DNA from: the human T2T-CHM13v2.0 reference genome, Homo sapiens
DNA length: 64,000 nucleotides
Reading direction: 5' to 3' (one strand)
Assembly (NCBI RefSeq): GCF_009914755.1
Contig: NC_060926.1
The number at the start of each line of letters is the position of its first letter. Position 1 is the stretch's first letter. A model generated the notes under the pieces. It had not been told where the DNA came from. It ran no database searches and saw nothing but the letters and a program-made list of their open reading frames with translations. The position numbers and the translations under genes were made by a program. This document shows positions 27,960-40,700 of this stretch, in pieces.

Positions 27960-29590
27960 AAACTTTTTTTTAATTTTTAAATTTTATTATTATACTTTAA
28001 GTTTTAGGGTACATGTGCACAATGTGCAGGTTTGTTACATATGTATACATGTGCCATGTTGGTGTGCTGCACCCATTAACTCGTCATTTAACATTAGGTA
28101 TATCTCCTAATGCTATCCCTCCCTGCTCCCCCACCCCACAACAGTTCTCGGTGTGTTATGTTACCCTTCTGTGTCCACGTGTTCTCATTGTTCAGTTCCC
28201 ACCTACGAGTGAGAACATGAGGTGTTTGGTTTTCTGTTCTTGTGTTAGTTTGCTGAGAATGATGATTTCCAGCTTCATCCATGTCCCTGCAAAGGACATG
28301 AACTCATCCTTTTTTATGGGTGCATAGCATTCCATAGTGTATATATGCCACATTATCCAGTCTATCATTGATTGGCGTTTGGGTTGCTTCCAAGTGTTTG
28401 CTGTTGTGAACTGTGCCGCAGTAAACATACGTGTGCATGTGTCTTTATATTAGAATGATTTATTATTTTTTCAGTATATACCCAGTAATGGGATTGCTGG
28501 GTTAAATGTATTTCTAGTTGTAGATCCTTGAGGAATTGTCACACTGTCTTCCACAATGGATGAACTAATTTATACTACCACCAAGAGTGTAAAAGCGTTC
28601 CTATTTCTCCACGTCCTCTCCAACATCTGTTGTTTCCTCATCTTTTAATGTTGGCTATTCTAAGTGGTGTGAGATTGTATCTCATTGTGGTTTTGATTTC
28701 CGTTTCTCTAATGACCAGTGATGATGTGGTTTGCTTCACATGTTCTTTAGCTGCATAAATGTCTTATTTGGGAAGTGTCTGTTCATATGTTTTGCCCATT
28801 TTTTGATGGGGTTGTTTTTTTTCTTATAAATTTGTTTAAGTTCTTTGTAGATTCTCCATATTAGCCGTTTGCCAGATGGATAGATTGCAAAAATTTTCTC
28901 CCATTCTGTGGGTTGCCTGTTCACTCTGATGATAGTTTCTTTTGCTCTGCAGACACTCTTTAGCTTAATTAGGTCCCATTTGTCAATTTTGGCTTTTGTT
29001 GCCATTGCTTTTGGTGTTGTAGTGATGAAGTCTCTGCCCATGCCTATGTCCTGAATGGTATTGCCTAACACAAGGACATTTCTGTGCCTGAGTGCCATAC
29101 CACCCAAAGTGATTTATAGATTCAGTGCTATCCCCATCAAGCTACCATTGACTTTCTTCACAAAATTAGAAAAACTACTTTAAATTTCATATGGAACCAA
29201 AAAAGAGTCTACATAGCCAAGACAATCCTAAGCAAAAAGAACAAAGCTGGAGGCATCACAGTACCTGGCTTCAAACTATTCTACAAGGCCACAGTAACGG
29301 AAACAGCATGGTACTGGTACCAAACCAGATATATAGACCAATGGAATAGAACAGAGGCCACAGAAATGGCACCACACATGTAAAACCACCACATCTTTGA
29401 CAAAACTGACAAAGGTAAGCACTGGGGAAAGGATTGCCTATTTAATAAATGGTGTTAGGAAAACTGTCTAGCCATATGCAGCAAACTGAAACTGGGCCAC
29501 TTCCTTACACTTTATACAAAAATTAACTTAAGAAGGATAAAAGAGTTAAACGTAAGACCTAAAAGCAAAAAATCTAGAAGAAAATGTAGG
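27960..29590 (-). mobile_element. L1PA element with 5' inversion (twin priming)
   Basis: Minus-strand 3' part 27960-29067 begins at consensus taggcaatacc; plus-strand part ~29093-29590 ends at the adjacent consensus ctagaagaaaa..tagg. Confidence 0.85.
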
Positions 29591-32500
29591 CCACCAACCT
29601 CAGGGGAAATGTACTTGTAGTGAAATGCATGGTACAAACACACATTCCCTACTTCCTTGAGTGGGTGAGGTTGGTGGCTGGTCCATCTGCTCCAAGTGGA
29701 CCCTTACAGATGTGGCTGGTTGCTCTTTGAGCCAGCTTGGCCTTGCCCGGCATGCACAAGCATCAGTGAATAACTGTGCTATAAATGGAGCCACATAGAG
29801 GAAATGAGCAGCAGGCTCAAGACCAGGGTGTGCACTGCCTTTGGGGCTCCAGTCCGTGCCTCAGGGATGGTATGGCACTGCGAGCTTCTTGGTTGCCAAG
29901 AGGCAGACCACAGGCCATCTTGAGGAGGACTTTATGTTCAAGTGCAGAAAACAGCCAGGATTACCACCCAGGGGACTTGGCCTTCTGTGGCCGTGGCCAG
30001 ACTTAGAATTTGTGTCAAGGCATGGCAAGCTCACTCGGAGCAGCGTGTTGGTACCTGGGGCCTGTGCATGCCAGACAAGGCCAGGCTGGCTCAAAGAGCA
30101 ACCAGCCACCTCTGCAAGGGTGCGCCTGGACCAGGTGGACTAGCCACCAACCTCACCCACAGAAGGAAGCAGGGGTGACCAGGTTACGAGAGCCTGAGTA
30201 GCTGCCACCTGAGGGCTGATGGAGCAGAGGCCCGAGGAAAATCAGATGGCACGTTTAACTGTTTAATGGATCTTAAGTTAATTTTTCTATAAAGCAGATG
30301 TCACCAGTCCATGCCTCAGAGCTCGTATGGCACTGCAGACCACAGAAGGCCGAGTCCCCTGGGTGGCAATCCTGGCTGCTTTCTGCACTTGAACATAAAG
30401 TCCTCCTCAAGACGGCCTGTGGTCTGCCTCTTGGCCCTACCTTTAGGGTAGAAGAACCAATGTACCATGTTCAGCAGCAAGTGAGGTTGGTGGCTGGTCC
30501 GGTTGCTCCTGGCACACCCTTGCAGAGGTGGCTGGTTGCTGTTTGAGCCAGCTTGGCCTTGCCCGGCATGCACAAGCCTCAGTGCAATTACTGTGCTACA
30601 AACGGAGCCACAGAGAGGGAATGAGCAGCAGGCTCAGCAGCAGGGTGTGCGCTGTCTCTGGGGCTCCAGTCCATGCCTCAGGGCTCGTATGGCATTGCAG
30701 GCTTCTTGGTTGCCAAGAGGCAGACCACAGGCCGTCTTGAGGAGGACTTTATGTTCAAGTGCAGAAAGCAGCCAGGATTACCATCCAGGGGACTTAGCCT
30801 TCTGTGACCCTGGCCAGACTCAGAATTTGTGCCAATGCAGGACAAGCTCACTCCGAGCAGCGTGTCAGTAGCTGGGGCCTATGCATGCCAGGCAAGGCCA
30901 AGCTGACTCAAAGAGCAACCAGCCACCTCTGCAAGGGTGTGCCAAGAGCAGGTGGACCAGCCAGCAACCTCAGCTACTCAAGGAACCTGGGATGGCCAGT
31001 TTCCTACAGCGTGAGTGGCTGCCTCCTGATGGCTGATGGAGCAGAGGCCTTAGGAAAAGCAGATGGCCCTGTGGCCCTACCTTTAGGGTAGAAGTACTGA
31101 TGTGCCATGTGTGGCAGCAAGTGAGGTTGGTGGCTGGTGCAGCGGCTCCTGGCACACCCTCGCAGAGGTGACTGGTTGCTCTTTGAGCCAGGTTGGCCTT
31201 GCCCGGCGTGAACAAGCCTCAGTGCAACCTCTCTGCTACATATGGAGCCACAGAGAGGAAACGAGCAGCAGGCTCAGGAGCAGGCTGTGCGCTGCCTTTG
31301 GGGCTCCAGTCCAAGCCTCGAGTCGTATAGCACTGCGGGCCTCTTGGTTGCCTAGAGGCAGAAAACAGGCCATCTTGAGGAGGACTTTATGTTCAAGTGC
31401 AGAAAGCAGCCAGGATTACCATCCAGGGGACTCGGCCTTCTGTGGCCCCGGCCAGACCTTGCAGAGGTGGCTGGTTGCTCTTTGAGCCAGCTTCACCTCC
31501 CTTGCATGCACAGGCCCCAGGTACTAACACGCTGCTCTGAATGAGCCTGTCCTGCCTTGGCTGCCACCTAATTGCTGATGGAGCAGAGGCCTTAGGAAAA
31601 GCAGATGGCACTGTGGCCCACCTTCAGGGTAGAAGAACTGATGTACCATGTCCGGCCACTAGTTGGTGACTGGTGCACCTGCTCCTGGCACACCCTTGCA
31701 GAGGTGGCTGGTTGCTGTTTGAGCCAGCTTGGCCTTGCCCGGCATGCACAAGTCTCAGTGCAATAACTGTGCTACAAATGGAGCCACAGAGAGGAAATGA
31801 GCGGCAGACTTAGGAGCAGGGTGTGTGCTGCCTTTGGGGCTCCAGTCCATGCCTCAGGGGTCGTATGACACTGTGGGCTTCTTGGTTACCAGGAGGCACA
31901 CAACAGGCCGTCTCGAGGAGGACTTCATGTTCAAGTGCAGAAAGCAGCCAGGATTACCATCCAGGGGACTCGGCCTTCTGTGGCCCTGGCCACACTCAGA
32001 ATTTGTGCCAAGGCAGGACAAGCTCACTTGGAGCAGTGTGTCAGTAGCTGGGCCTATGCATGCCAGGCAAGGCCAAGCTGGCTCAAAGAGCAACCAGCCA
32101 CCTCTGCAAGGGTGTGCCAGGAGCAGGTGGACCAGCCAGCAACCTCAGCTACTCAAGGAAGCTGGGATGGCCAGGTTCCAACAGCCTGAGTGGCTGCCTC
32201 CTGATGGCTGATGGAGCAGAGGCCTTAGGAAAAGCAGATGGCCCTGTGGCCCTACCTTTAGGGTAGAAGTACTGATGTGCCATGTCCGGTAGCAAGTGAG
32301 GTTGGTGGCTGGTGCACCGGCTCCTGGCGCACCCTTGCAGAAGTGACTGGTTGCTCTTTGAGTCAGCTTGGCCTTGCCCGGCATGCACAAGCCTCAGTGC
32401 AACAACAGTGCTACAAATGGAGCCATAGAGAGGAAACGAGCAGCAGGCTCAGGAGCAGGGTGTGCGCTGCCTTTGGAGCTCCAGTCCATGCCTCGCGTCG

Positions 32501-35500
32501 TATAGCACTGCGGGCTTCTTGCTTGCCTGGAGGCAGACCACAGGCCGTCTTGAGGAAGACTTTATGTTCAAGTACAGAAAGCAGCCAGGATTACCATCCA
32601 GGGGGGCCTTCTGTAGCCCTGGCCAGACCTTGCAGAGGTGGCTGGTTGCTCTTTGACTCAGCTTGGCCTCCCTGGCATGCACAGGCCCCAGGTACTAACA
32701 TGCTGCTCCGAGTGAGCTTGTCCTGCCTTGGCTGCCACCTAATTGCTGATGGAGCAGAAGCCTTAGGAAAAGCAGATGGCACTGTGGCCCACCTTTAGGG
32801 TAGAAGAACTGATGTACCATGTCCGGCCGCTAGTGGGTGAGTGGTGCACCTGCTCCTGGCACACCCTTGCAGAGGTGGCTGGTTGCTCTTTGAGCCAGCT
32901 TGGCCTTCCCTGGCATGCACAAGCCTCAGTGCAACAACTGTGCTACAAATGGAGCCACAGAGAGGAAACGAGCAGCAGGGTCAGGAGCAGGGTGTGCGCT
33001 GCCTTTGGGGCTCCAGTCCATGCCTCGGGTCGTATAGTACTGCGGGCTTCTTGCTTGCCTAGAGGCAGACCACAGGCCGTCTTGAGGAGGACTTTATGTT
33101 CAAGTGCAGAAAGCAGCCAGGATTACCACCCAGGGGACTTGGCCTTCTGTGGCCCTGTCCAGACTTAGAATTTGTGTCAAGGCAGGAGAAGCTCACTCGG
33201 AGCAGCGTGTTAGTACCTGGGGCCTGTGCATGCCAGGCAAGGCCAAGCTGGCTCAAAGAGCAACGAGGCACCTCTGCAAGGGTGCGCCTGGACCAATTGT
33301 ACCAGCCACCAACCTCACCCACTGAAGGAAGCAGGGATGGCCAGGTTACAACAGCCTGAGTGGCTGCCACCTGGGGGCTGATGGAGCAGAGGCCTGAGGA
33401 AACTCAGATGGCACATTTAACTCTTTAATGGATCTTAAGTTAATTTTTCTATAAAGCAGATGTCACCAGTCCATGCCTCAGGCTTGTATGGCACTGCGGA
33501 GCACAGAAGGGCGAGTCCCCTGGGTGGTAATCTTGGCTGCTTTCTGCACTTGAACATAAAGTCCTCCTCAAGACGGCCTGTGGTCTGCCTCTTGGCCCTA
33601 CCTTTAGGGTAGAAGAACCGATGTACCATGTCCGGCGGCGAGTGAGGTTGGTGGCTGGTCCGGCTGCTCCTGGCACACCCTTGCAGATGTGGCTGGTTGC
33701 TGTTTGAGCCAGCTTGGCCTTGCCCGGCATGCACAAGCCTCAGTGCAACTACTCTGCTACAAATGGAGCCACAGAGAGGGAATGAGCAGCGGGCTCAGCA
33801 GCAGGGTGTGTGCTGCCTTTGGGGCTCCAGTCCATGCCTCAGGGGTCATATGACACTGCAGGCTTCTTGGTTACCAGGAGGCACACAACAGGCCATCTCG
33901 AGGAGGACTTTATGTTCAAGTGCAGAAAGCAGCCAGGATTACCATCCAGGGGACTCGGCCTTCTGTGGCCCTGGCCAGACTCAGAATTTGTGCCAAGGCA
34001 GGACAAGCTCACTCGGAGCAGCGTGTCAGTAGCTGGGACCTATGCATGCCAGACAAGGCCAAGCTGGCTCAAAGAGCAACCAGCCACCTCTGCAAGGGTG
34101 TGCCAAGAGCAGGTGGACCAGCCAGCAACCTCAGCTACTCAAGGAAGCTGGGATGGCCAGTTTCTAACAGCATGAGTGGCTGCCTCCTGATGGCTGATGG
34201 AGCAGAGGCCTTAGGAAAAGCAGATGGCCCTGTGGCCCTACCTTTAGGGTAGAAGTACTGATGTGCCATGTGTGGCAGCAAGTGAGGTTGGTGGCTGGTG
34301 CAGCGGCTCCTGGCACACCCTCGCAGAGGTGACTGGTTGCTCTTTGAGCCAGGTTGGCCTTGCCCGGCGTGAACAAGCCTCAGTGCAACCTCTCTGCTAC
34401 ATATGGAGCCACAGAGAGGAAACGAGCAGCAGGCTCAGGAGCAGGCTGTGCGCTGCCTTTGGGGCTCCAGTCCAAGCCTCGAGTCGTATAGCACTGCGGG
34501 CCTCTTGGTTGCCTAGAGGCAGAAAACAGGCCATCTTGAGGAGGACTTTATGTTCAAGTGCAGAAAGCAGCCAGGATTACCATCCAGGGGACTCGGCCTT
34601 CTGTGGCCCCGGCCAGACCTTGCAGAGGTGGCTGGTTGCTCTTTGAGCCAGCTTCACCTCCCTTGCATGCACAGGCCCCAGGCACTAACACGCTGCTCTG
34701 AGTGAGCCTGTCCTGCCTTGGCTGCCACCTAATTGCTGATGGAGCAGAGGCCTTAGGAAAAGCAGATGGCACTGTGGCCTACCTTCAGGGTAGAAGAACT
34801 GATGTACCATGTCCGGCCACTAGTTGGTGACTGGTGCACCTGCTCCTGGCACACCCTTGCAGAGGTGGCTGGTTGCTGTTTGAGCCAGCTTGGCCTTGCC
34901 CGGCATGCACAAGTCTCAGTGCAACAACTGTGCTACAAATGGAGCCACAGAGAGGAAATGAGCGGCAGACTTAGGAGCAGGGTGTGTGCTGCCTTTGGGG
35001 CTCCAGTCCATGCCTCGGGTCGTATGGCACTGCAGGCTTCTTGGTTGCCAAGAGGCAGACCACAGGCCGTCTTGAGGAGGACTTCATGTTCAAGTGCAGA
35101 AGGCAGCCAGGATTACCATCCAAGGGACTCAGCCTTCTGTGGCCCTGGCCACACTCAGAATTTGTGCCAAGGCAGGACAAGCTCACTTGGAGCAGTGTGT
35201 CAGTAGCTGGGCCTATGCATGCCAGGCAAGGCCAAGCTGGCTCAAAGAGCAACCAGCCACCTCTGCAAGGGTGTGCCAGGAGCAGGTGGACCAGCCAGCA
35301 ACCTCAGCTACTCAAGGAAGCTGGGATGGCCAGGTTCCAACAGCCTGAGTGGCTGCCTCCTGATGGCTGATGGAGCAGAGGCCTTAGGAAAAGCAGATGG
35401 CCCTGTGGCCCTACCTTTAGGGTAGAAGTACTGATGTGCCATGTCCGGTAGCAAGTGAGGTTGGTGGCTGGTGCACCGGCTCCTGGCGCACCCTTGCAGA

Positions 35501-37726
35501 AGTGACTGGTTGCTCTTTGAGTCAGCTTGGCCTTGCCTGGCATGCACAAGCCTCAGTGCAACAACAGTGCTACAAATGGAGCCATAGAGAGGAAACGAGC
35601 AGCAAGCTCAGGAGCAGGGTGTGCGCTGCCTTTGGGGCTCCAGTCCCTGCCTTGAGTCGTATAGCACTGCGGGCTTCTTGCTTGCCTGGAGGCAGACTAC
35701 AGGCCGTCTTGAGGAAGACTTTATGTTCAAGTACAGAAAGCAGCCAGGATTACCATCCAGGGGGGCCTTCTGTAGCCCTGGCCAGACCTTGCAGAGGTGG
35801 CTGGTTGCTCTTTGAGTCAGTTTGGCCTCCCTGGCATGCACAGGCCCCAGGTACTAAGATGCTGCTCCGAGTGAGCTTGTCCTGCCTTGGCTGCCACCTA
35901 ATTGCTGATGGAGCAGAAGCCTTAGGAAAAGCAGATGGCACTGTGGCCCACCTTTAGGGTAGAAGAACTGATGTACCATGTCCGGCCGCTAGTGGGTGAG
36001 TGGTGCACCTGCTCCTGGCACACCCTTGCAGAGGTGGCTGGTTGCTCTTTGAGCCAGCTTGGCCTTCCCTGGCATGCACAAGCCTCAGTGCAACAACTGT
36101 GCTACAAACGGAGCCACAGAGAGGAAACGAGCAGCAGGGTCAGGAGCAGGGTGTGCGCTGCCTTTGGGGCTCCAGTCCATGCCTCGGGTCGTATAGTACT
36201 GCGGGCTTCTTGCTTGCCTAGAGGCAGACCACAGGCCGTCTTGAGGAGGACTTTATGTTCAAGTGCAGAAAGCAGCCAGGATAACCTTCCAGGGGACTTG
36301 GCCTTCTGTGACCCTGGCAGACTCAGAATTCGTGCCAATGCAGGACAAGCTCACTCGGAGCAGCGTGTTTGTACCTGGGGCCTATGCATGCCAGGCAGGT
36401 CCAAGCTGGCTCAAAGAGCAACCAGCCACCTCTGCAAAGGTGTGCCAGGAGCAGGTGGACCAGCCACCAACTTCAGCCACTGAAGGAAGCAGGGATGGCC
36501 AGGTTCCAAGAGCCTGAGTGGCTGTCTCCTGATGGCTGATGGATCAGAGGCCTTAGGAAAAGCAGATGGCCCTGTGGCCCTACCTTTAGGGTAGAAGTAC
36601 TGATGTGCCATGTCCGGTAGCAAGTGAGGTTGGTGGTTGGTGCAGCGGCTCCTGGCGCACCCTTGCAGAAGTGACTGGTTGCTCTTTGAGCCAGCTTGGC
36701 CTTGCCTGGCATGCACAAGCCTCAGTGCAACAACAGTGGTACAAATGGAGCCACAGAGAGGAAACGAGTGGCAGACTTAGGAGCAGGGTGTGCGCTGCCT
36801 TTGGGGCTCCAGTCTATGCCTCGGGTCCTATGGCACTGTGGGCTTCTTGGTTGCCAAGAGGCAGACCACAGGCTGTCTTGAGGAAGACTTTATGTTGAAG
36901 TGCAGAAAGCAGCCAGGATTACCACTCAGGGGACTCGGCCTTCTGTGGCCCTGGCCAGACTTAGAATTTGTGCCAAGGCAGGACAAGCTCACTTGGAGCA
37001 GCGTGTTAGTACCTGGGGCCTGTGCATGCCAGGCAAGGCCAAGCTGGCTGAAAGCAGAACCAGCCACCTCTACAAGGGTGCGCCTGGACCAGTTGGACCA
37101 GCCACCAGCTTCACCCACTGAAGGAAGCCGGGATGGCCAGGTTCCAACAGCCTGAGTGGCTGTCTCCTGATGGCTGATGGAGCAGAGGCCTTAGGAAAAG
37201 CAGATGGCCTTGTGGCCCTACCTTTAGGGTAGAAGTACTGATGTGCCATGTCTGGCAGCAAGTGAGGTTGGTGGCTGGTGCACCGGCTCCTGGCACACCC
37301 TTGCAGAGGTGACTGGTTGCTCTTTGAGCCAGCTTGGCCTTGCCTGGCATGCACAAGCCTCAGTGCAACAACAGTGCTACAAATGGAGCCACAGAGAGGA
37401 AACAAGCAGCAGGCTCAGGAGCAGGGTGTGCGCTGCCTTTGGGGCTTCAGTCCATGCCTCAGGCGTCATATGGCACTGCGGGCTTCTTAGTTGCCAAGAG
37501 GCAGACCACAGGCCGTCTTGAGGAGGACTTCATGTTCAAGTGCAGAAAGTAGCCAGGATTAGCATCTAGGGGACTCGGCCTTCTGTGGCCCTGGCCAGAC
37601 TTAGAATTTGTGTCAAGGCAGGACAAGCTCACTCGGAGCAGCATGTTGCTACCTGGGGCCTGTGCATGCCAGGCAAGGCCAAGCTGGCTCAAAGAGCAAC
37701 CAGTCACCTCTGCAAGGGTGCGCCTG
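29590..37726. repeat. Tandem array of ~638/535/817-bp foldback monomers with a ~3.16-kb higher-order repeat
   Basis: Core gagga(g/a)gactt(t/c)atgttcaagt(g/a)cagaa recurs 13 times on + (~29921 to ~37520) and twice inverted; ORFs 31102 and 34263 are identical at offset 3161. Confidence 0.95.
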
Positions 37727-40700
37727 TGGTCTGGATGGTGGTGGCTCCCTGTGTTAGTCCTCCAAGCCCATATTTTCCTTCTGCACTGGCCTCACAGAGG
37801 TTTCCGAAGAAGCTCTGCCTCTGCAGCATGCTTCTGCCTGGAAACAATGGGAGGTAGTTTTGCAGGGTGGAAGCCTTCACCAATGGTTAAACAGCATCTT
37901 CATGATGCTGACCTCGTGATAGTGAGTTCTCATGAGATCTGCTTGTATAACATGATGTGGCACTTCTTTCCTCTCTCTGTCTTGCTCCTTCTCCTGCTGT
38001 ATGAAACATCTCCTTGCCGCTTGGTCTTCTAGTATGATTGGGAGCACCTGAGTCCTCCCAGAAGCAGAAACCACTATGCTTCCTTTGCAGCCTGCAGAAC
38101 TGTGAGCCAATGAAACCTCTTTTCTTTTTGATCATACAGAAGGTTAGTACTGTGAAGTGAAGCTATGAAATTCCTTCAAGGCCTTTTCCCTATGAAATGC
38201 CTTCAAGGCCTTTTCCCCATTGTCTTGGCAAGCAGCACTCAGCTTCTTTTCATGCAAATATCTGAAGCCTATGTGATTTTTTTCCCTGAAAATGGACTTT
38301 TCTTCTTTTACCACATTGCCAGGCTGTGACACAGAGAGCTGATAATGTAGAAGCAGGTTCAGTAGTGGGTAAAAGACAGAGGTCGGGAGAGTTGGGAAAG
38401 CTTAAAAGACAGCAAGATGAGGAAAAGCTTGGACCACTGTAGAGAATTGTTAAATACTTGTGATCAGAAGGCTGACAGAAGGATGGACAGTGAAGGCCAG
38501 ACTTAAAAGTTCTCGGATGAAAACCAGGAATTTCCTGTGAATAGGAGCCAATACTACATTTGATTTGCCCAACAGAGGCTGCACAGTGACCTTGCCCTGG
38601 AGATCTGTGAAACTATGAACTTGGGGGTGATGATTTAGGATGTATCTTGTGGAATGAACATCTGAGCAGCATAGCTCAAGAGGTGTCCTGTCTGCGTCGA
38701 ACAGCCTGTGTTGTTATGTATGAGCTAAGAAATGACCTCAAATTGGAACTTCTACTTAAATGAGAAGCAGAGCTCAAAAGTTTGGAAAATTTGCAGCCTA
38801 GTCAAGTGGTCAAAAAGAAAAGCTGATTTTCAGGGGGAAAATTCAATACGGCTTAGAGTATTTGCATAAAAAGGAGCTTAGTGCAAGTATCCAAGACAAA
38901 GGGTAAAAGGCCTTGGAGGCATTTCAGAGACCTTTGCAGTAGCTCTTGCTCTCACAGGCCCTGGGGCCTAGCAGAGAAGAATGGCTTCCTGGGCCAGCTC
39001 CATGGCCCTGCTGCTGTGTGCATCCTCAGGACACTGCTGCCTGCATCCCTGCAGCCCCAGCTCCAGCCATGGCTGAATGATGCACAGGTACAGCTTGGGT
39101 CACTACTTCAGATGTGGCTCCAAGCCTTGATGGCTTCCACATAGTGTTAAGGCAGCAGGTGAAGAGAGCAAGAGACTAGAGGCTTTGGAGCCTCTTGTCT
39201 GGACTCCAGAGGATGTAGAGAAAAGCCTGGGTGTCCAGGCAGTAGCCTTTCCAAGAGGCTCATGGAAAACCTCTGCTAGGGCAGCAAAGAAGGGCCATGT
39301 AGGGTTGAAGCCCCCTCACAGGGAGGCTCCATTCTCCAAACCCCAGATTCATAGACCCACCAACATCTTGCACCCTCAGTGTGGAAAAGCTACAGGCATT
39401 CAAAACAGCCCTGTCCATGAGAGGCAGCTGTGGGTGCTGAACGCTGCGAAGCCACAGGTACAGATCTGCCCAAGGCCTTGGGAGCCCAGCCCTCACAGCC
39501 CTGTGCCATGGATGTGGGACGAGGATTCAAAAAGGATGATTTTGGAGCTGTCGGATTGAATGACTGGCCTGCTGGGTTTTGGATGTTCATGTATCCTGTG
39601 AGTCCCATCTGTGTTTTGTTTTTCTTTCTGGCATTTTTTTTCTACTGGCTGGGAATGCTTACCCATTGCCTGTACAATCATTGTGCCTTGGAATTAGTTA
39701 ACTTGCTTTATAATTCAGAAACTCAGGGGCAGATCGGACTGTAGCCTTGTCTCAGACGAGACTTTGGGCTTTGGACATTTGAGTAAATGCTGGAATTATT
39801 TAAGATTTGGGGGACTGTAGGGAAGGTATCATTGTATTCTGCAATGTAAGAAACAGGAGATTTGGGGGACCAGGGACAGAATAATATGATTTGGCTCTGT
39901 GTCCCTACCAAAGCTCATGTGGAATTGTAATGGGCAAAGTTAAAGGTGGGGACTGGTGGAAGGTGATTTAATCATGGTGGAGAGTGGAGTTTGGAAGGTG
40001 GGGGTGGTTGGGAGCATTGGGGGTGATTGTGTTGGGGTTGCAGGGAAAGGCAGAGGTGGGGGGCAGATTCTTCACAAATGGTTAAACACCATCTTTGTAA
40101 TGCTGTCCTTCTGATAGTGAGTTTGCTTCATGGTTTAGGAGCTTTGAGATTTGAATACTGGCCTGCTGGGTTTTGGATGTGCATTGGGCCTGTGGTCCCA
40201 TTTGTGTTATTTTTCTGGGAAATTTCTTCCCTTTGGAGTGAGAAAGCTTACCCAATGCCTGTACCATCATCGTACCTTAAAAGAACTCCATTTTAAGTTC
40301 AGGGACTCCTTGGCAGAAGAGACCGTAGCCTTGTATCAGATAAGACTTTGAACTTCTTACATTTGAGTTAATGCTGGAATGAGTTAAGGCTTTTGTAAAC
40401 ATTTGAAAAGGCATGACTGTATTTTACTCTGTGAGAATGACATGAGATTCGGGGGAGGGGGTCAAGGTCAGAATAATATGGTTTGGCTGTGTTTCCCTAG
40501 AAAAACTCATGTGGAATTGCAATCCCGAATGTTGGAGGTGGAGCCTGGTGGGAGGTGATTTAATCATGGATGGGAGGTGGGTGGGGTTGGAGGGAAAAAG
40601 AGGTGGGTAGCGTGGTGAGGAGTAAGCTCGCTGTAGGGTGGTGGGAGGGTGGGGGTAGTAGGAAGGAGGAGTAGCCTGCTGCAGAGGCAGAGGCTCGTAG

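Noticed and set aside
31595-31616. aaagcagatggcactg CTCF-like motif and one TTAGGG per monomer
   Set aside because: The motif lacks the conserved 5' CC of the CTCF core, and a single telomeric hexamer is not significant.
29600-37860. Dozens of 60-180 aa ORFs with repeated peptides (GRLEEDFMFKCRKQPG, AVLRRTLCSSAESSQDY) and a repeat-spacer look
   Set aside because: They occur in all frames and both strands of a GC-rich repeat with variable stops. Spacers are not unique and there are no cas genes, so this is neither a gene family nor a CRISPR array.
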